Assembly (NCBI GenBank): GCA_036278095.1 | Contig: DASULS010000008.1 | Location: 7,974 to 71,973, forward strand | From: Solirubrobacterales bacterium | Lineage (GTDB): Bacteria > Actinomycetota > Thermoleophilia > Solirubrobacterales > 70-9 | DNA length: 64,000 nucleotides | Direction: 5' to 3' | In this document: positions 8,458 to 17,494 of the stretch, in pieces | Numbering within the stretch: the stretch's first letter is position 1 | Layout of the letters: the number at the start of each line of letters is the position of its first letter | Position numbers and translations under genes: made by a program | The notes under the pieces: model-generated | Told to the model about the DNA's origin: nothing | What the model saw: only the letters and a program-made list of their open reading frames with translations | Databases searched by the model: none

Positions 8458-9432
8458 ATGGGTGAAGTCCTGATCGCGGGGATGGCGGCGATGCTGATCT
8501 GCATCTTCCTCGGCCCCAAATTCATCGAGTTCCTCCGCGTCCGCGAGTTCGGGCAGCACATCCGCGAGGACGGGCCGCAGGAGCACCACGCCAAGGCCGG
8601 GACGCCGACGATGGGCGGGCTGATCGTCTTCGCCTCGATCTGCGTTCCCTTCCTCGTCCTCTCCGAGCGCGACGCGCAGAGCCTCGCCGTCTTCGGGGTC
8701 GCGATGGGCTGCGCCGCCCTCGGCTTCGCCGACGACTACATCAAGATCGTCAAACGCCGCTCGCTCGGCCTCGCCGGGCGCTGGAAGCTGCTCGGGCAGC
8801 TGCTGCTCGCCTTCGGCCTCTGGTGGGTCGCCCGCCACGAGGTCGGCCTCGAACCGACGCTCTACTTCCGCATCGGCGACGGCAGCCTTGACCTCGGCCC
8901 GGTCCTCTACTTCGTCCTCGTCTTCCTCGTCATCGCCGGCACCTCCAACGGCGTCAACCTCACCGACGGCCTCGACGGCCTCGCCGCCGGCTCCTGCGCG
9001 ATCGTCCTCCTCGCCTACACCGCGATTGCCTTCGTCAGCGGCGAGCAGCAGGATCTGGCCTTGCTCTCGGCCTGCCTGGTCGGCGCCTGCATCGGCTTCC
9101 TCTGGTTCAACGCCTTTCCGGCCTCGATCTTCATGGGCGACACCGGCTCGCTCGGGCTCGGCGGCGCGATCGGGGCGCTGGCGGTGATGACCCAGACCGA
9201 GGTGCTGCTGATCATCATCGGTGGCATCTTCGTGATCGAGGCGCTCTCGGTCCTGCTCCAGGTCTTCGCTTTCAAGACCTTCCGCCGCCGCGTCCTGCTG
9301 ATGGCGCCGCTGCACCACCACTTCGAGATGATGGCCTGGTCGGAGACGAAGATCATGCTCCGCTTCTGGATCATCGCCGCCGTCTGCTCGGGCATCGGCT
9401 TCACGCTGTACCAGCAGTCGATCGGCCGTTAG
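8458..9432 (+). CDS. mraY: Phospho-N-acetylmuramoyl-pentapeptide transferase
   Basis: Polytopic membrane protein with NGVNLTDGLDGLA and PLHHHFE motifs. Confidence 0.95.
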   Translation: MGEVLIAGMAAMLICIFLGPKFIEFLRVREFGQHIREDGPQEHHAKAGTPTMGGLIVFASICVPFLVLSERDAQSLAVFGVAMGCAALGFADDYIKIVKRRSLGLAGRWKLLGQLLLAFGLWWVARHEVGLEPTLYFRIGDGSLDLGPVLYFVLVFLVIAGTSNGVNLTDGLDGLAAGSCAIVLLAYTAIAFVSGEQQDLALLSACLVGACIGFLWFNAFPASIFMGDTGSLGLGGAIGALAVMTQTEVLLIIIGGIFVIEALSVLLQVFAFKTFRRRVLLMAPLHHHFEMMAWSETKIMLRFWIIAAVCSGIGFTLYQQSIGR

Positions 9433-9446
9433 GGGATGATCCGGCC

Positions 9447-10277
9447 GTGCCGGAGATAGAGGTCACGGCCGGGCCGATCGATTACGGCGACAGCGGCGGC
9501 GAGGGGAGGCCGATCGTCTTCGTCGGCGGGCTGCCGCACGACGAGGCGCTCTGGGACGGGGTGGTGGCCGAGCTCCAGCCGCAGTTTCGCTGCCTGACCC
9601 CGGTGCTGCCGCTCGGGGCTCAGCGCAAAGCCCTGCGCCCGGACGCCGACCTCTCGCTGCCGGGGCTCTCGCTGATGGTCTCCGAGCTCCTCGAGCGGCT
9701 GGACCTGGAGGACGCGGTCGTCTGCTTCAACGACTGGGGCGGTGCTCAGACGATGGTCTCCCACGGGGGAGTCGAGCGGGTCGGCGCCCTGGTGCTCGTC
9801 TCCTGCGAGACGGCTGACAACTACCCGCCCGGCGTCGCCGGCCGCATCGCCGCGCTCTCGGGCTTCATGCCGGGCGGCTTCGGGCTGATGCGCTTCGCCC
9901 TCTCCTCGCCGACCCTGCGCCGCCTGCCGTTCACCTACGGCCGGATGAGCAAGCACGGCGTCTCCGACGAGCTGATGCACCGCTGGCTGCAGCCGCTGAA
10001 GCGGCCCGAGATCCGTCGCGACACCCGCAAGTACGTCCGCGACGTCCGCCACGGCCGGCGCGAGATGCGGGCGGCGACGCCGCTGCTGCGCTCGTTCGAG
10101 CGGCCGGTGCTGGTCGTCTGGGACGAGGAGGGGACGATGATGCCCAACAGCGAGGGCCGCCGCCTCGCGGAGTCGTTCCCGAACTCGAAGTACGTCGAGC
10201 TGCCGGACTGCTACACCCTGATCCCGATCGACCAGCCCAAGGCGCTGGCCCGGGAGATCAGGGAGTTCGCCGGCTGA
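9447..10277 (+). CDS. Alpha/beta hydrolase (Asp-nucleophile, dehalogenase/epoxide-hydrolase-like elbow)
   Basis: IVFVGGLPHD, then the FNDWGG nucleophile elbow. Inserted between mraY and murD. Confidence 0.7.
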   Translation: MPEIEVTAGPIDYGDSGGEGRPIVFVGGLPHDEALWDGVVAELQPQFRCLTPVLPLGAQRKALRPDADLSLPGLSLMVSELLERLDLEDAVVCFNDWGGAQTMVSHGGVERVGALVLVSCETADNYPPGVAGRIAALSGFMPGGFGLMRFALSSPTLRRLPFTYGRMSKHGVSDELMHRWLQPLKRPEIRRDTRKYVRDVRHGRREMRAATPLLRSFERPVLVVWDEEGTMMPNSEGRRLAESFPNSKYVELPDCYTLIPIDQPKALAREIREFAG

Positions 10278-10283
10278 GCGAAG

Positions 10284-10676
10284 CTAAGCCGAGGGCTTCC
10301 CGAAGTCGACGAGGTCCTCGACGATCTTCAGATCTTTGACGTCGGCCGTGATCAGCAGGGCGTTGTGAACCTTGGCCGTGGCGGCGATCGCAAGGTCGGC
10401 CATCCGCTTGCGGGGATTCCCGCCTCGCTCCGCTACGGCCGCCTGCAGCTCCCCCCAGACTCGCGCCACCCGATCGTCGAGCGCCAAGGGGTCTGGGAAC
10501 CGAGCCTCGATCACGCCAAGGCGATTCGCGCGTAGAGCGCGCGTTGCCGCGTCCGGGGCGATCAGCAGGCCAAAATGCAGCTCGGAGAGGGACACGGCGC
10601 TGATCGCCGGTTCAGCTCCGGGGATGGACGACCACCCGCCGCCGATCAGGACGGAGGTGTCAAGAAGGATCTTCAT
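10284..10676 (-). CDS. vapC: PIN-domain toxin VapC
   Basis: MKILLDTSVLI start. Acidic residues in DTSVL, LSELH, ADLAIAATA and TADVKD. 4-nt overlap with the upstream antitoxin. Confidence 0.85.
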   Translation of the reverse strand: MKILLDTSVLIGGGWSSIPGAEPAISAVSLSELHFGLLIAPDAATRALRANRLGVIEARFPDPLALDDRVARVWGELQAAVAERGGNPRKRMADLAIAATAKVHNALLITADVKDLKIVEDLVDFGKPSA

Positions 10677-10924
10677 TCGCGCTCGGCCCAGGGATCCCTC
10701 AGCTCCATGCCGAACTTCTCCAGGTCTTTCTGCCAGGTTGGATCGACCGGCAGGCTCCAGAGCTCATCAAGGACGCTGCTGTCGACCCAGGTCCGGTCCC
10801 GAATTGGTCCGAGCTCGGCTACGGGTTGACCGGAGACGGTGACGGTGAAGATCTCACCGGCCTTTGCCCGGCGAAGAATCTCACCGATCTCGTTGCGGAG
10901 CTGTTTCTGGGGAATCGTAGGCAT
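10673..10924 (-). CDS. vapB: Phd/YefM-type antitoxin (VapB)
   Basis: ATG 10924. The sequence MPTIPQKQLRNEIGEILRRAKAGEIFTVTVSGQPVAEL is typical of Phd/YefM. ATGA overlap with vapC. Confidence 0.8.
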   Translation of the reverse strand: MPTIPQKQLRNEIGEILRRAKAGEIFTVTVSGQPVAELGPIRDRTWVDSSVLDELWSLPVDPTWQKDLEKFGMELRDPWAERE

Positions 10925-10933
10925 GATCGGCAG

Positions 10934-10951
10934 GGTAGCAATAGTGCTACC
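10934..10951. promoter_or_regulatory. Candidate VapB operator palindrome GGTAGCA-ATAG-TGCTACC
   Basis: 7-bp perfect inverted repeat 10 nt upstream of the vapB ATG. No SD in between, so the transcript may be leaderless. Confidence 0.4.
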
Positions 10952-10996
10952 GGAAACCGGAGAGGGGTGTCTGGAGACTTCTAGAAGCTTTGGCAT

Positions 10997-12370
10997 ATGT
11001 CTATAAGGGCTGAGGCCAGGCAAACTCTCCCCCCCCTACCTGAAGGTCCATTTCTAGTCGTCGGTCTCGCCCGTTCCGGGCAGGCGGCGGCGCGATTGCT
11101 GGCGGCGCGGGGGGAGAGGGTGCGGGCGGTCGATTCCGGCCATCCCGAGGGGGCGGCAGGATTGGCCGAGGCCGGCGTCGAAGTAGTCCTGGATACGGAT
11201 GGACTGGCACAGCTCGAGGGGACGCGAACCGTCATCAAGAGCCCGGGTGTTCCCCGGGAGGCGCCGGTGATCGCAGCGGCTCTCGATCGCGGGATCGAGG
11301 TGGTGGGGGAGATGGAGCTGGCCTGGCGGGCGCTGCCGAATCGCTTCGTCGCCGTCACCGGCACCAACGGCAAGACGACCACGGTCGAGCTGATCGGCCA
11401 CCTCTACCGCAGCGGCGGCGAGCCGGTCGCGGTCGCCGGCAACGTCGGCACCGCGCTCTCGGAGCTGGTCGGCGAGGTGCCGCCCGAGACCACCGTCGTC
11501 TGCGAGTGCTCCAGCTTCCAGCTCGAGGACACGGTCGCCTTCGCCCCCGAGTGCGCCGTCTTCCTCAACCTCGCCCCCGACCACCTCGACCGCCACCACG
11601 ACCTCGAGTCCTACCTGGCGGCGAAGCTGCGGATCTTCGCCAACCAGGGCAACGATGACGTCGCCGTCTACAACGCCGACGACCCCTTCGCCGCCGGCAC
11701 CGACCTCGGCGGCTGCGGGCGCCGGGTCGCCTTCTGCCGCGGCGCCGCCCCCGACTGCGAGGTCTCCGTCGCCGAGGGGACGATCTTCTACGACGGCGAG
11801 CCGCTGCTGGCGGTCTCCGAGCTCGGCCTCTTCGGCGAGCACAACGTCGCCAACGCGATGGCCGCTGCGGCGGCGGCGCTCTCGATGGGGATCGACCGCG
11901 AGGCGGTGCGCGCCGGCCTGCGCAGCTTCGCCGGGGTACCGCACCGCTTGGAGCCGGTCGCCGAGATCGGCGGCGTCCGCTTCGTCAACGACTCGAAGGC
12001 GACCAACGTCGCCTCGGCAACGGTCGGGATCTCCGCCTTCGAGGGCGGCGTCCACGCGATCCTCGGCGGCAGCGAGAAGGACGAGCCCTTCGCGCCGCTG
12101 GTCGAGCCGCTGCGCGAGAGCGCCCGCGCCTGCTACCTGATCGGCGCCACCAGCGAGCGGATGGCGCGGGAGCTGGCGCCCGTGTTAGAGGCCGGGGTCG
12201 AGCTGCACCGCTGCGCCGACCTCGAGGACGCGGTGCGCCGCGCCGCTGCCGCCGCCCGCCCCGGCGAGGTGGTCCTGCTCTCGCCCGCCTGCGCCAGCTT
12301 CGACGCCTTCGTGGACTTCGAAGCGCGGGGCGATCGCTTCCGCGAGGTCGTCGGGGAGCTGGCGCGATGA
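10997..12370 (+). CDS. murD: UDP-MurNAc-L-Ala:D-Glu ligase
   Basis: VVGLARSGQAAARLL Rossmann N-terminus and P-loop AVTGTNGKTTT. Confidence 0.9.
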   Translation: MSIRAEARQTLPPLPEGPFLVVGLARSGQAAARLLAARGERVRAVDSGHPEGAAGLAEAGVEVVLDTDGLAQLEGTRTVIKSPGVPREAPVIAAALDRGIEVVGEMELAWRALPNRFVAVTGTNGKTTTVELIGHLYRSGGEPVAVAGNVGTALSELVGEVPPETTVVCECSSFQLEDTVAFAPECAVFLNLAPDHLDRHHDLESYLAAKLRIFANQGNDDVAVYNADDPFAAGTDLGGCGRRVAFCRGAAPDCEVSVAEGTIFYDGEPLLAVSELGLFGEHNVANAMAAAAAALSMGIDREAVRAGLRSFAGVPHRLEPVAEIGGVRFVNDSKATNVASATVGISAFEGGVHAILGGSEKDEPFAPLVEPLRESARACYLIGATSERMARELAPVLEAGVELHRCADLEDAVRRAAAAARPGEVVLLSPACASFDAFVDFEARGDRFREVVGELAR

Positions 12371-13725
12371 ACGCCGCCTCGCTGCCGCTCGGCCGTGGCC
12401 GCGCCGCGAAGAAGAGCAGGGCCAAGAGCCGGGCGAAGAAGCGCTCGCGCCCCGTCTCGGCCGAGTACAACATGCTGCTGACCGCGACCCTCTGCCTGCT
12501 GGCGCTGGGGGCGGTGATGGTCTTCTCCGCCAGCTCGACGACGAAAGTCCTGCAGGAAGGCGGGCTCTCCGAAAGCGCCTACTACCTGAAGCGCACGCTG
12601 ATCTTCGGCGCGATCGCGCTGGTGATCATGCACGTGACCGCGCGCATCGACCTGAAGCGGATCCGCGAGCTGACGCCGCTGCTGCTCGGCGGCGCGATCT
12701 TCCTCCTCGTCGCCGTCCTCGGCGCCGGCAGCGAAGTCAACGGCGCCACCCGCTGGATCGGCGGCGGCTCGCTGCAGATCCAGCCTTCCGAGCTGGCGAA
12801 GGTGGCGCTGATCCTCTACGGGGCCGACATGCTGGCGCGCAAGCCGAAGCGGGTGCGGACGCTGACGGGCCTGAAGCCCTACCTGCTGGTGGTCGGCGCC
12901 TGCTGCGGGCTGATCATGCTCGAGCCCGACATGGGGACGACGATGGTGATCGTCTTCGCGATCGCCGCCACTCTCGCCGCCGCCGGGATGCGGTGGTCCG
13001 ACCTGGGCAAGATCGCGCTCGTGATCGCCTGCCTGACCCTGGTCGCGGCGGTCGTCGAGCCCTACCGGATGGCGCGCCTGACCGGCTTCCTGCACCCGAC
13101 CGCCGACCCCGCCGGCGCCGGCTTCCAGGCCGCGCAGGCGAAGATCGCGCTCGGCTCTGGTGGCTTCTTCGGGGTCGGGATCGGCAACGGCGTCTCCAAG
13201 GCCTTCTACCTGCCCGAGGCCCACACCGACATGATCACCGCCGTGATCGGCGAAGAGCTGGGGATGGCCGGGATCGTCGCCATCGTTGGGATGTTCGGGA
13301 TGTTCGGCTACGCCGGGCTCAAAGTCGCCCAGAAAGCGAAGGACACCTACTCGAAGCTGCTGGTCGCCGGGCTGACTTCGCTGGTCCTGGTGCAGGCGAC
13401 GATCAACCTCTTCGCCGTGATGGGGTTGGCGCCGCTGACGGGGGTGCCGCTGCCCTTCGTCTCCTACGGCAACAGCAGCCTGATGGCGACGCTGTTCGCG
13501 GTCGGGTTGATCCTCAACGTCGCCCGCGGCGGCCGGGCCGGGGCGGCGCGCGCTTCGACGCCCACCGGCGCTGGCAAACTGCGCGTCGTCCAAGGCGGGC
13601 GCACGCCCGCGCGCGAAAGGAGCAGGTCGAGCGGTGCCAGGAGAGCCAAGAGTGGTGGTGGCGGCGGGGGGAACCGCGGGGCACGTCGTGCCCGCCATGG
13701 CGGTCGCCGACGAGCTTCGGGCTAG
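12367..13725 (+). CDS. ftsW: Peptidoglycan glycosyltransferase FtsW (SEDS family)
   Basis: ATGA overlap with murD. Polytopic FtsW/RodA pattern (PSELAK, LPEAHTDMI). The Arg/Gly-rich tail overlaps murG. Confidence 0.9.
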   Translation: MNAASLPLGRGRAAKKSRAKSRAKKRSRPVSAEYNMLLTATLCLLALGAVMVFSASSTTKVLQEGGLSESAYYLKRTLIFGAIALVIMHVTARIDLKRIRELTPLLLGGAIFLLVAVLGAGSEVNGATRWIGGGSLQIQPSELAKVALILYGADMLARKPKRVRTLTGLKPYLLVVGACCGLIMLEPDMGTTMVIVFAIAATLAAAGMRWSDLGKIALVIACLTLVAAVVEPYRMARLTGFLHPTADPAGAGFQAAQAKIALGSGGFFGVGIGNGVSKAFYLPEAHTDMITAVIGEELGMAGIVAIVGMFGMFGYAGLKVAQKAKDTYSKLLVAGLTSLVLVQATINLFAVMGLAPLTGVPLPFVSYGNSSLMATLFAVGLILNVARGGRAGAARASTPTGAGKLRVVQGGRTPARERSRSSGARRAKSGGGGGGNRGARRARHGGRRRASG

Positions 13726-14779
13726 CGGCGCCGAGGTCAGCTTCCTCGGCACGCGTGAGCGGATCGAGGCCGAGCTGGTGCCGGCCGCGGGCTACGAGAT
13801 CGACTTCGTCAAGGTGCGCGGGATCGACCGGCGCAACCCGCTGCGGGCGGCGCGGGCCGGTGTCGAGGCGCTGGCCGCGGTCGGAGAGGCGCGCAAGGTG
13901 CTGCGCCGGCGGCGGGCCGACGTGGTGATGGGCGGCGGCGGCTTCGTCGCCGGGCCGGCCGGGCTGGCGGCGGCGCTGACCCGGACGCCGCTGGTCCTGA
14001 CCGAGGCCGACAGCCACCTCGGCCTCGCCAACCGGCTGCTGGCGGGCCGGGCGCGGCGCGTGTGTCTCGCCTTCCCGATCGCGGGCCGGGCCGGTGTTCC
14101 GTACCTGGTGACCGGCCGCCCGGTGCCACGCGCAGTGCTGGAAGGCGACCGCGCTGCGGCGCGGGCGCGGTTTGGGATCGACGCGGAGGCCCGCTGCCTG
14201 CTCGTCGTCGGCGGCAGCCAGGGCGCCCGCTCGGTCAACCTCGCCGCGATCGAGGCCTTCGCCGAGCGCGGGGGGCGCGACTTCCACGTCCTCCACATCG
14301 CCGGCAACCGCGACTTCCCCGAGCTGGAGCGCCGGCTCGCGGCCGCACCGCACCGCGAGCGCTACACGCTGCTCGCCTACGAGCCGAACCTCGGCGACGC
14401 GCTCGCCGCCGCCGACCTCGTGCTCGGCCGCTCCGGCGGCTCGATCTTCGAGGTGGTCGCGGCCAGCCGGCCGGCGATCCTCGTGCCCTACCCCTTCGCC
14501 ACCGCCGATCACCAGAGCGCCAACGCCGAGTGGATGCGCGCCGGCGGCGCCGCGACGGTGGTCCCGGACGCCGAGCTCGACGCGGAGCGACTGGGTCGCG
14601 AGGTGGCGGCGGTGCTCGACGAGCCGGCGCGGCTGGAGCAAATGGCGACGGCTGCACAAGGCCTGGCCAAGCCCGACGCCGCCCGCCGCATCGCCGACGA
14701 GGTGCTGGCGGCTGCCGAGACCGCAAAAAGACACCCTCAAGGTGCTTTTTTGCGGTCTCGCGGAGGAGGTGCCTCGTGA
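13634..14779 (+). CDS. murG: UDP-GlcNAc:lipid I GlcNAc transferase MurG
   Basis: AAGGTAGHVVPAMAVA motif. AAGGAG lies 10 nt before GTG 13634. Alternative GTG starts at 13652-13658. Confidence 0.9.
   Translation: MPGEPRVVVAAGGTAGHVVPAMAVADELRASGAEVSFLGTRERIEAELVPAAGYEIDFVKVRGIDRRNPLRAARAGVEALAAVGEARKVLRRRRADVVMGGGGFVAGPAGLAAALTRTPLVLTEADSHLGLANRLLAGRARRVCLAFPIAGRAGVPYLVTGRPVPRAVLEGDRAAARARFGIDAEARCLLVVGGSQGARSVNLAAIEAFAERGGRDFHVLHIAGNRDFPELERRLAAAPHRERYTLLAYEPNLGDALAAADLVLGRSGGSIFEVVAASRPAILVPYPFATADHQSANAEWMRAGGAATVVPDAELDAERLGREVAAVLDEPARLEQMATAAQGLAKPDAARRIADEVLAAAETAKRHPQGAFLRSRGGGAS
14717..14759. repeat. A/T-rich hairpin inside the murG 3' end (17 of 19 bp, 5-nt loop)
   Basis: GAGACCGCAAAAAGACACC pairs with GGTGCTTTTTTGCGGTCTC. 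It lies immediately upstream of the murC SD GGAGGAGG. Confidence 0.7.
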
Positions 14780-16053
14780 CGGACTGGAGCGGACGGCGGT
14801 TGCACTTCATCGGCATCGGTGGGGCCGGGATGAGCGGGCTGGCGCTGGTCTGCGCCCGCCTTGGCGCCAGCGTCACCGGCAGTGACCGCAGCGATTCCTC
14901 TTATATGGAGCGGTTGCGCCAGGCCGGACTCGAACCGGCGATCGGCCACGACGCCGCCAACCTGCCCGAGGGGGCCGAGGTGGTGGTCTCGACCGCGATC
15001 GGCGAGGACAACCCGGAGCTGGCGCTGGCGCGCGAGCGCGGCATCGAGCCGATCCATCGCGGCGCGCTGCTCGCCGAGCTCTGCGCCGAGAAGCGGCTGA
15101 TCGCGATCGCCGGCACCCACGGCAAGACGACGACGACCGCGATGGCGGTCTGGGCGCTGCGCGCGCTCGGCGCCGACCCCGCCTTCTTCATCGGCGGCGA
15201 GGTTCCGGGCCTGGGGCCCGACGGCGCCACCGCCAACGCCGGCTGGGGCGAAGGGGAGTGGGTGGTCGCCGAGGCCGACGAGAGCGACGCCAGCTTCCTC
15301 GAGCTGCATCCCGAGGTGGCGGTGATCACCAACATCGAGATGGACCACCACAGTCGTTGGGGCTCGCTGGCTGAGCTGCACAAGGCCTTCGACCGCTTCG
15401 CCGCCGGCGCTCAGTTGGCCCGGTTCGACGAGAGCGCGCCCGGCCCGGCCGAGCTTGGCCTCGCCGTCCCCGGTCGCCACAACCTGATGAACGCCCGCGC
15501 GGCGCTGGCCGCGATCGAGCTGACGGGATTCGACGTCGACGCCGCCGCCGAGGCGCTGGCGGACTTTCCCGGCGTCCACCGCCGGCTCGAGCTGAAGGGC
15601 TCCCGCGGGCCGGTCCATATATATGACGACTACGGCCATCACCCGACCGAGGTGCGGGCTGCCCTCTCCGCCCTGCGGGAGCTGAGCCCGTCGCGTCTCG
15701 TCGCGGTCTTCCAGCCCCATCTCTACTCGCGGACCAAGGCCCTGACCGAGGAGTTCGGCGGTGCCCTCGCCCTCGCCGACGAGGCGGTCGTGCTGGACGT
15801 CTACCCGGCGCGGGAGGAACCGGTCGGCGAGCTCGCCGGCGTCAGCGGCCTCCAGGTCGCCCAGGCCGCCGCCGAGCGGATGGGGGGGAAGCCGGTCTGG
15901 TGGCTGCCGACGATCGAGCTGGCGCAGCGGGCGCTCGCCGAGCGCCTCGACCGCAACCCGGAGCTCTACGGCGAGGCCACGGTCCTGGTCACGATCGGCG
16001 CTGGCGACGTCGTCAAGCTCGGCGAGGCGCTGAGGACGGAGGGACCGCGATGA
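14776..16053 (+). CDS. murC: UDP-MurNAc:L-Ala ligase
   Basis: GTG 14776 overlaps the murG stop. HFIGIGGAGMSGLA and P-loop IAGTHGKTTTT. Confidence 0.95.
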   Translation: MTDWSGRRLHFIGIGGAGMSGLALVCARLGASVTGSDRSDSSYMERLRQAGLEPAIGHDAANLPEGAEVVVSTAIGEDNPELALARERGIEPIHRGALLAELCAEKRLIAIAGTHGKTTTTAMAVWALRALGADPAFFIGGEVPGLGPDGATANAGWGEGEWVVAEADESDASFLELHPEVAVITNIEMDHHSRWGSLAELHKAFDRFAAGAQLARFDESAPGPAELGLAVPGRHNLMNARAALAAIELTGFDVDAAAEALADFPGVHRRLELKGSRGPVHIYDDYGHHPTEVRAALSALRELSPSRLVAVFQPHLYSRTKALTEEFGGALALADEAVVLDVYPAREEPVGELAGVSGLQVAQAAAERMGGKPVWWLPTIELAQRALAERLDRNPELYGEATVLVTIGAGDVVKLGEALRTEGPR

Positions 16054-16964
16054 GCTCTCTCCCTCCGGGGGTGCAGACCGACTTTCCGCTGGCGCGCCTG
16101 ACCACGGTGCGCACCGGCGGCGCTGCCGACTTCTTCACCCGCCCCGGCGACGAGGAGAGCCTTGTCGCCGCCCTGCGCTGGGCGGAGGGAGAGGGCCTGT
16201 CGATCGGGGTGATCGGCTCGGGCTCGAACCTGCTGATCGCCGACGACGGGTTCCACGGCCTCGCGCTCAAGCTCGACGGCGACCTGGCCCAGATCGAACG
16301 CGACGGCGAGCGCGTCGTCTGCGGTGGCGGCTACCGCTTCCCCTCGGCCGCCGCGAAAACCGCCGGCTGGGGACTCTCGGGCCTGGAGTTCGGGGTGAAC
16401 ATCCCCGGCACCACCGGCGGCGCGGTGCGGATGAACGCCAACGCCTACGAAGGTCAGCTGGCGCGGGTGCTGGAGTGGGTCGACGTCTGCACCGCCGCCG
16501 GCAGCGACCGCCGCGCGCCCGACCAGCTCGGCTTCACCTACCGGCACTCGAACCTGCGCCCCGGCGAAGTCGTCGCCCGCGCCTCGTTCCGCCTCGAGCC
16601 CGCCGACCCGGAGCAGGTCCGCGCCACCCTGGCCGAGATGCGCGACCGCCGCCGCGAGGCGCAGCCGTCGGGGATCAAGACCTTCGGCTCGACCTTCAAG
16701 AACCCCGAGGACGAGCGCGCCGAAGGTCGCTCGGCCGGCCAGCTGCTGGAGGCGGCCGGTTGCCGTGGCCTGCGCCACGGCGGCGCCCGCTTCTCCGAGA
16801 AGCACGCCAACTTCGTCGAGAACGACCAGGGGGCGAGCACCGCCGACGTGCTCGAGCTGATGGCGGCCGGGCGGCGGCGGGTGCACGAGCGCTTCGGCGT
16901 CGAGCTGGAACCGGAGGTGCAGGTATTGGGCGAGGTCGACTGGCCGGACGGTTGGCAGCTGTGA
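16050..16964 (+). CDS. murB: UDP-N-acetylenolpyruvoylglucosamine reductase
   Basis: ATGA overlap with murC. LTTVRTGGAADFF FAD-binding N-terminus and C-terminal GSTFKNP. Confidence 0.9.
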   Translation: MSSLPPGVQTDFPLARLTTVRTGGAADFFTRPGDEESLVAALRWAEGEGLSIGVIGSGSNLLIADDGFHGLALKLDGDLAQIERDGERVVCGGGYRFPSAAAKTAGWGLSGLEFGVNIPGTTGGAVRMNANAYEGQLARVLEWVDVCTAAGSDRRAPDQLGFTYRHSNLRPGEVVARASFRLEPADPEQVRATLAEMRDRRREAQPSGIKTFGSTFKNPEDERAEGRSAGQLLEAAGCRGLRHGGARFSEKHANFVENDQGASTADVLELMAAGRRRVHERFGVELEPEVQVLGEVDWPDGWQL

Positions 16965-17494
16965 GGGTCCGGTTCGCGGCGGGCGCTCTCGCCGTGGTTC
17001 TGGTCGGGGTGGCGGTCTACTGGTTCGCCTTGCGTCAGGAAACCACCGAGCCGACGGTGATCGTCCCGCGGTTGGCAGCGCAGATCGGCGAAGGCGAAGA
17101 AGCCGTCGGGGTCAGCGCCGACGGCGCGATCGTCCCTTGGCTGCCGCTCCCGGAAGAACCGCCGCTGCCACAGCTGCCGCTGGAAGGACCGCCGAAGGGT
17201 GGCCGGGTGAAAGGGCCGGCGCTGGAACAGGTGCGCGTCCTCGCCGCGGTCCCCGACGAACTGCGTCCCTACGTCGAAAGCAGCTACTTCGGCGAAAGCG
17301 GCGGGGTGGACGTCAACCTCACCACGGGGGTCGAACTGCGCTTTGGCAACTCCTCGCAAGCCGCCCGCAAGTGGCGGGCGGCGGCTGGGGTGCTGGCCGA
17401 TCCATCGATAACCACGCTCGATTATGTAGACCTGCAAGCTCCCAGCCGACCCACTTACGAAGGCTCCGAACACGAACTCCCACCGGCGCCTTGA
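16961..17494 (+). CDS. ftsQ: Short FtsQ/DivIB-like cell division protein
   Basis: GTGA overlap with murB. One TM helix (ALAVVLVGVAVYWF). Position between murB and ftsZ. Sequence similarity was judged only by context. Confidence 0.6.
   Translation: MRVRFAAGALAVVLVGVAVYWFALRQETTEPTVIVPRLAAQIGEGEEAVGVSADGAIVPWLPLPEEPPLPQLPLEGPPKGGRVKGPALEQVRVLAAVPDELRPYVESSYFGESGGVDVNLTTGVELRFGNSSQAARKWRAAAGVLADPSITTLDYVDLQAPSRPTYEGSEHELPPAP

Noticed and set aside
7315-9321. Very long antisense or alternative-frame ORFs (for example 7315-9321(-), 18852-20519(-), 21876-24104(-), 36294-38420(-), 39422-41029(-), 43799-45769(-), 59412-61697(-), and many Arg/Pro/Gly-rich + strand ORFs)
   Set aside because: These are typical stop-poor shadow frames of GC-rich DNA. 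Their products are Arg/Gly/Pro/Ala low-complexity sequences, and they overlap genes with unmistakable conserved motifs on the other frame.
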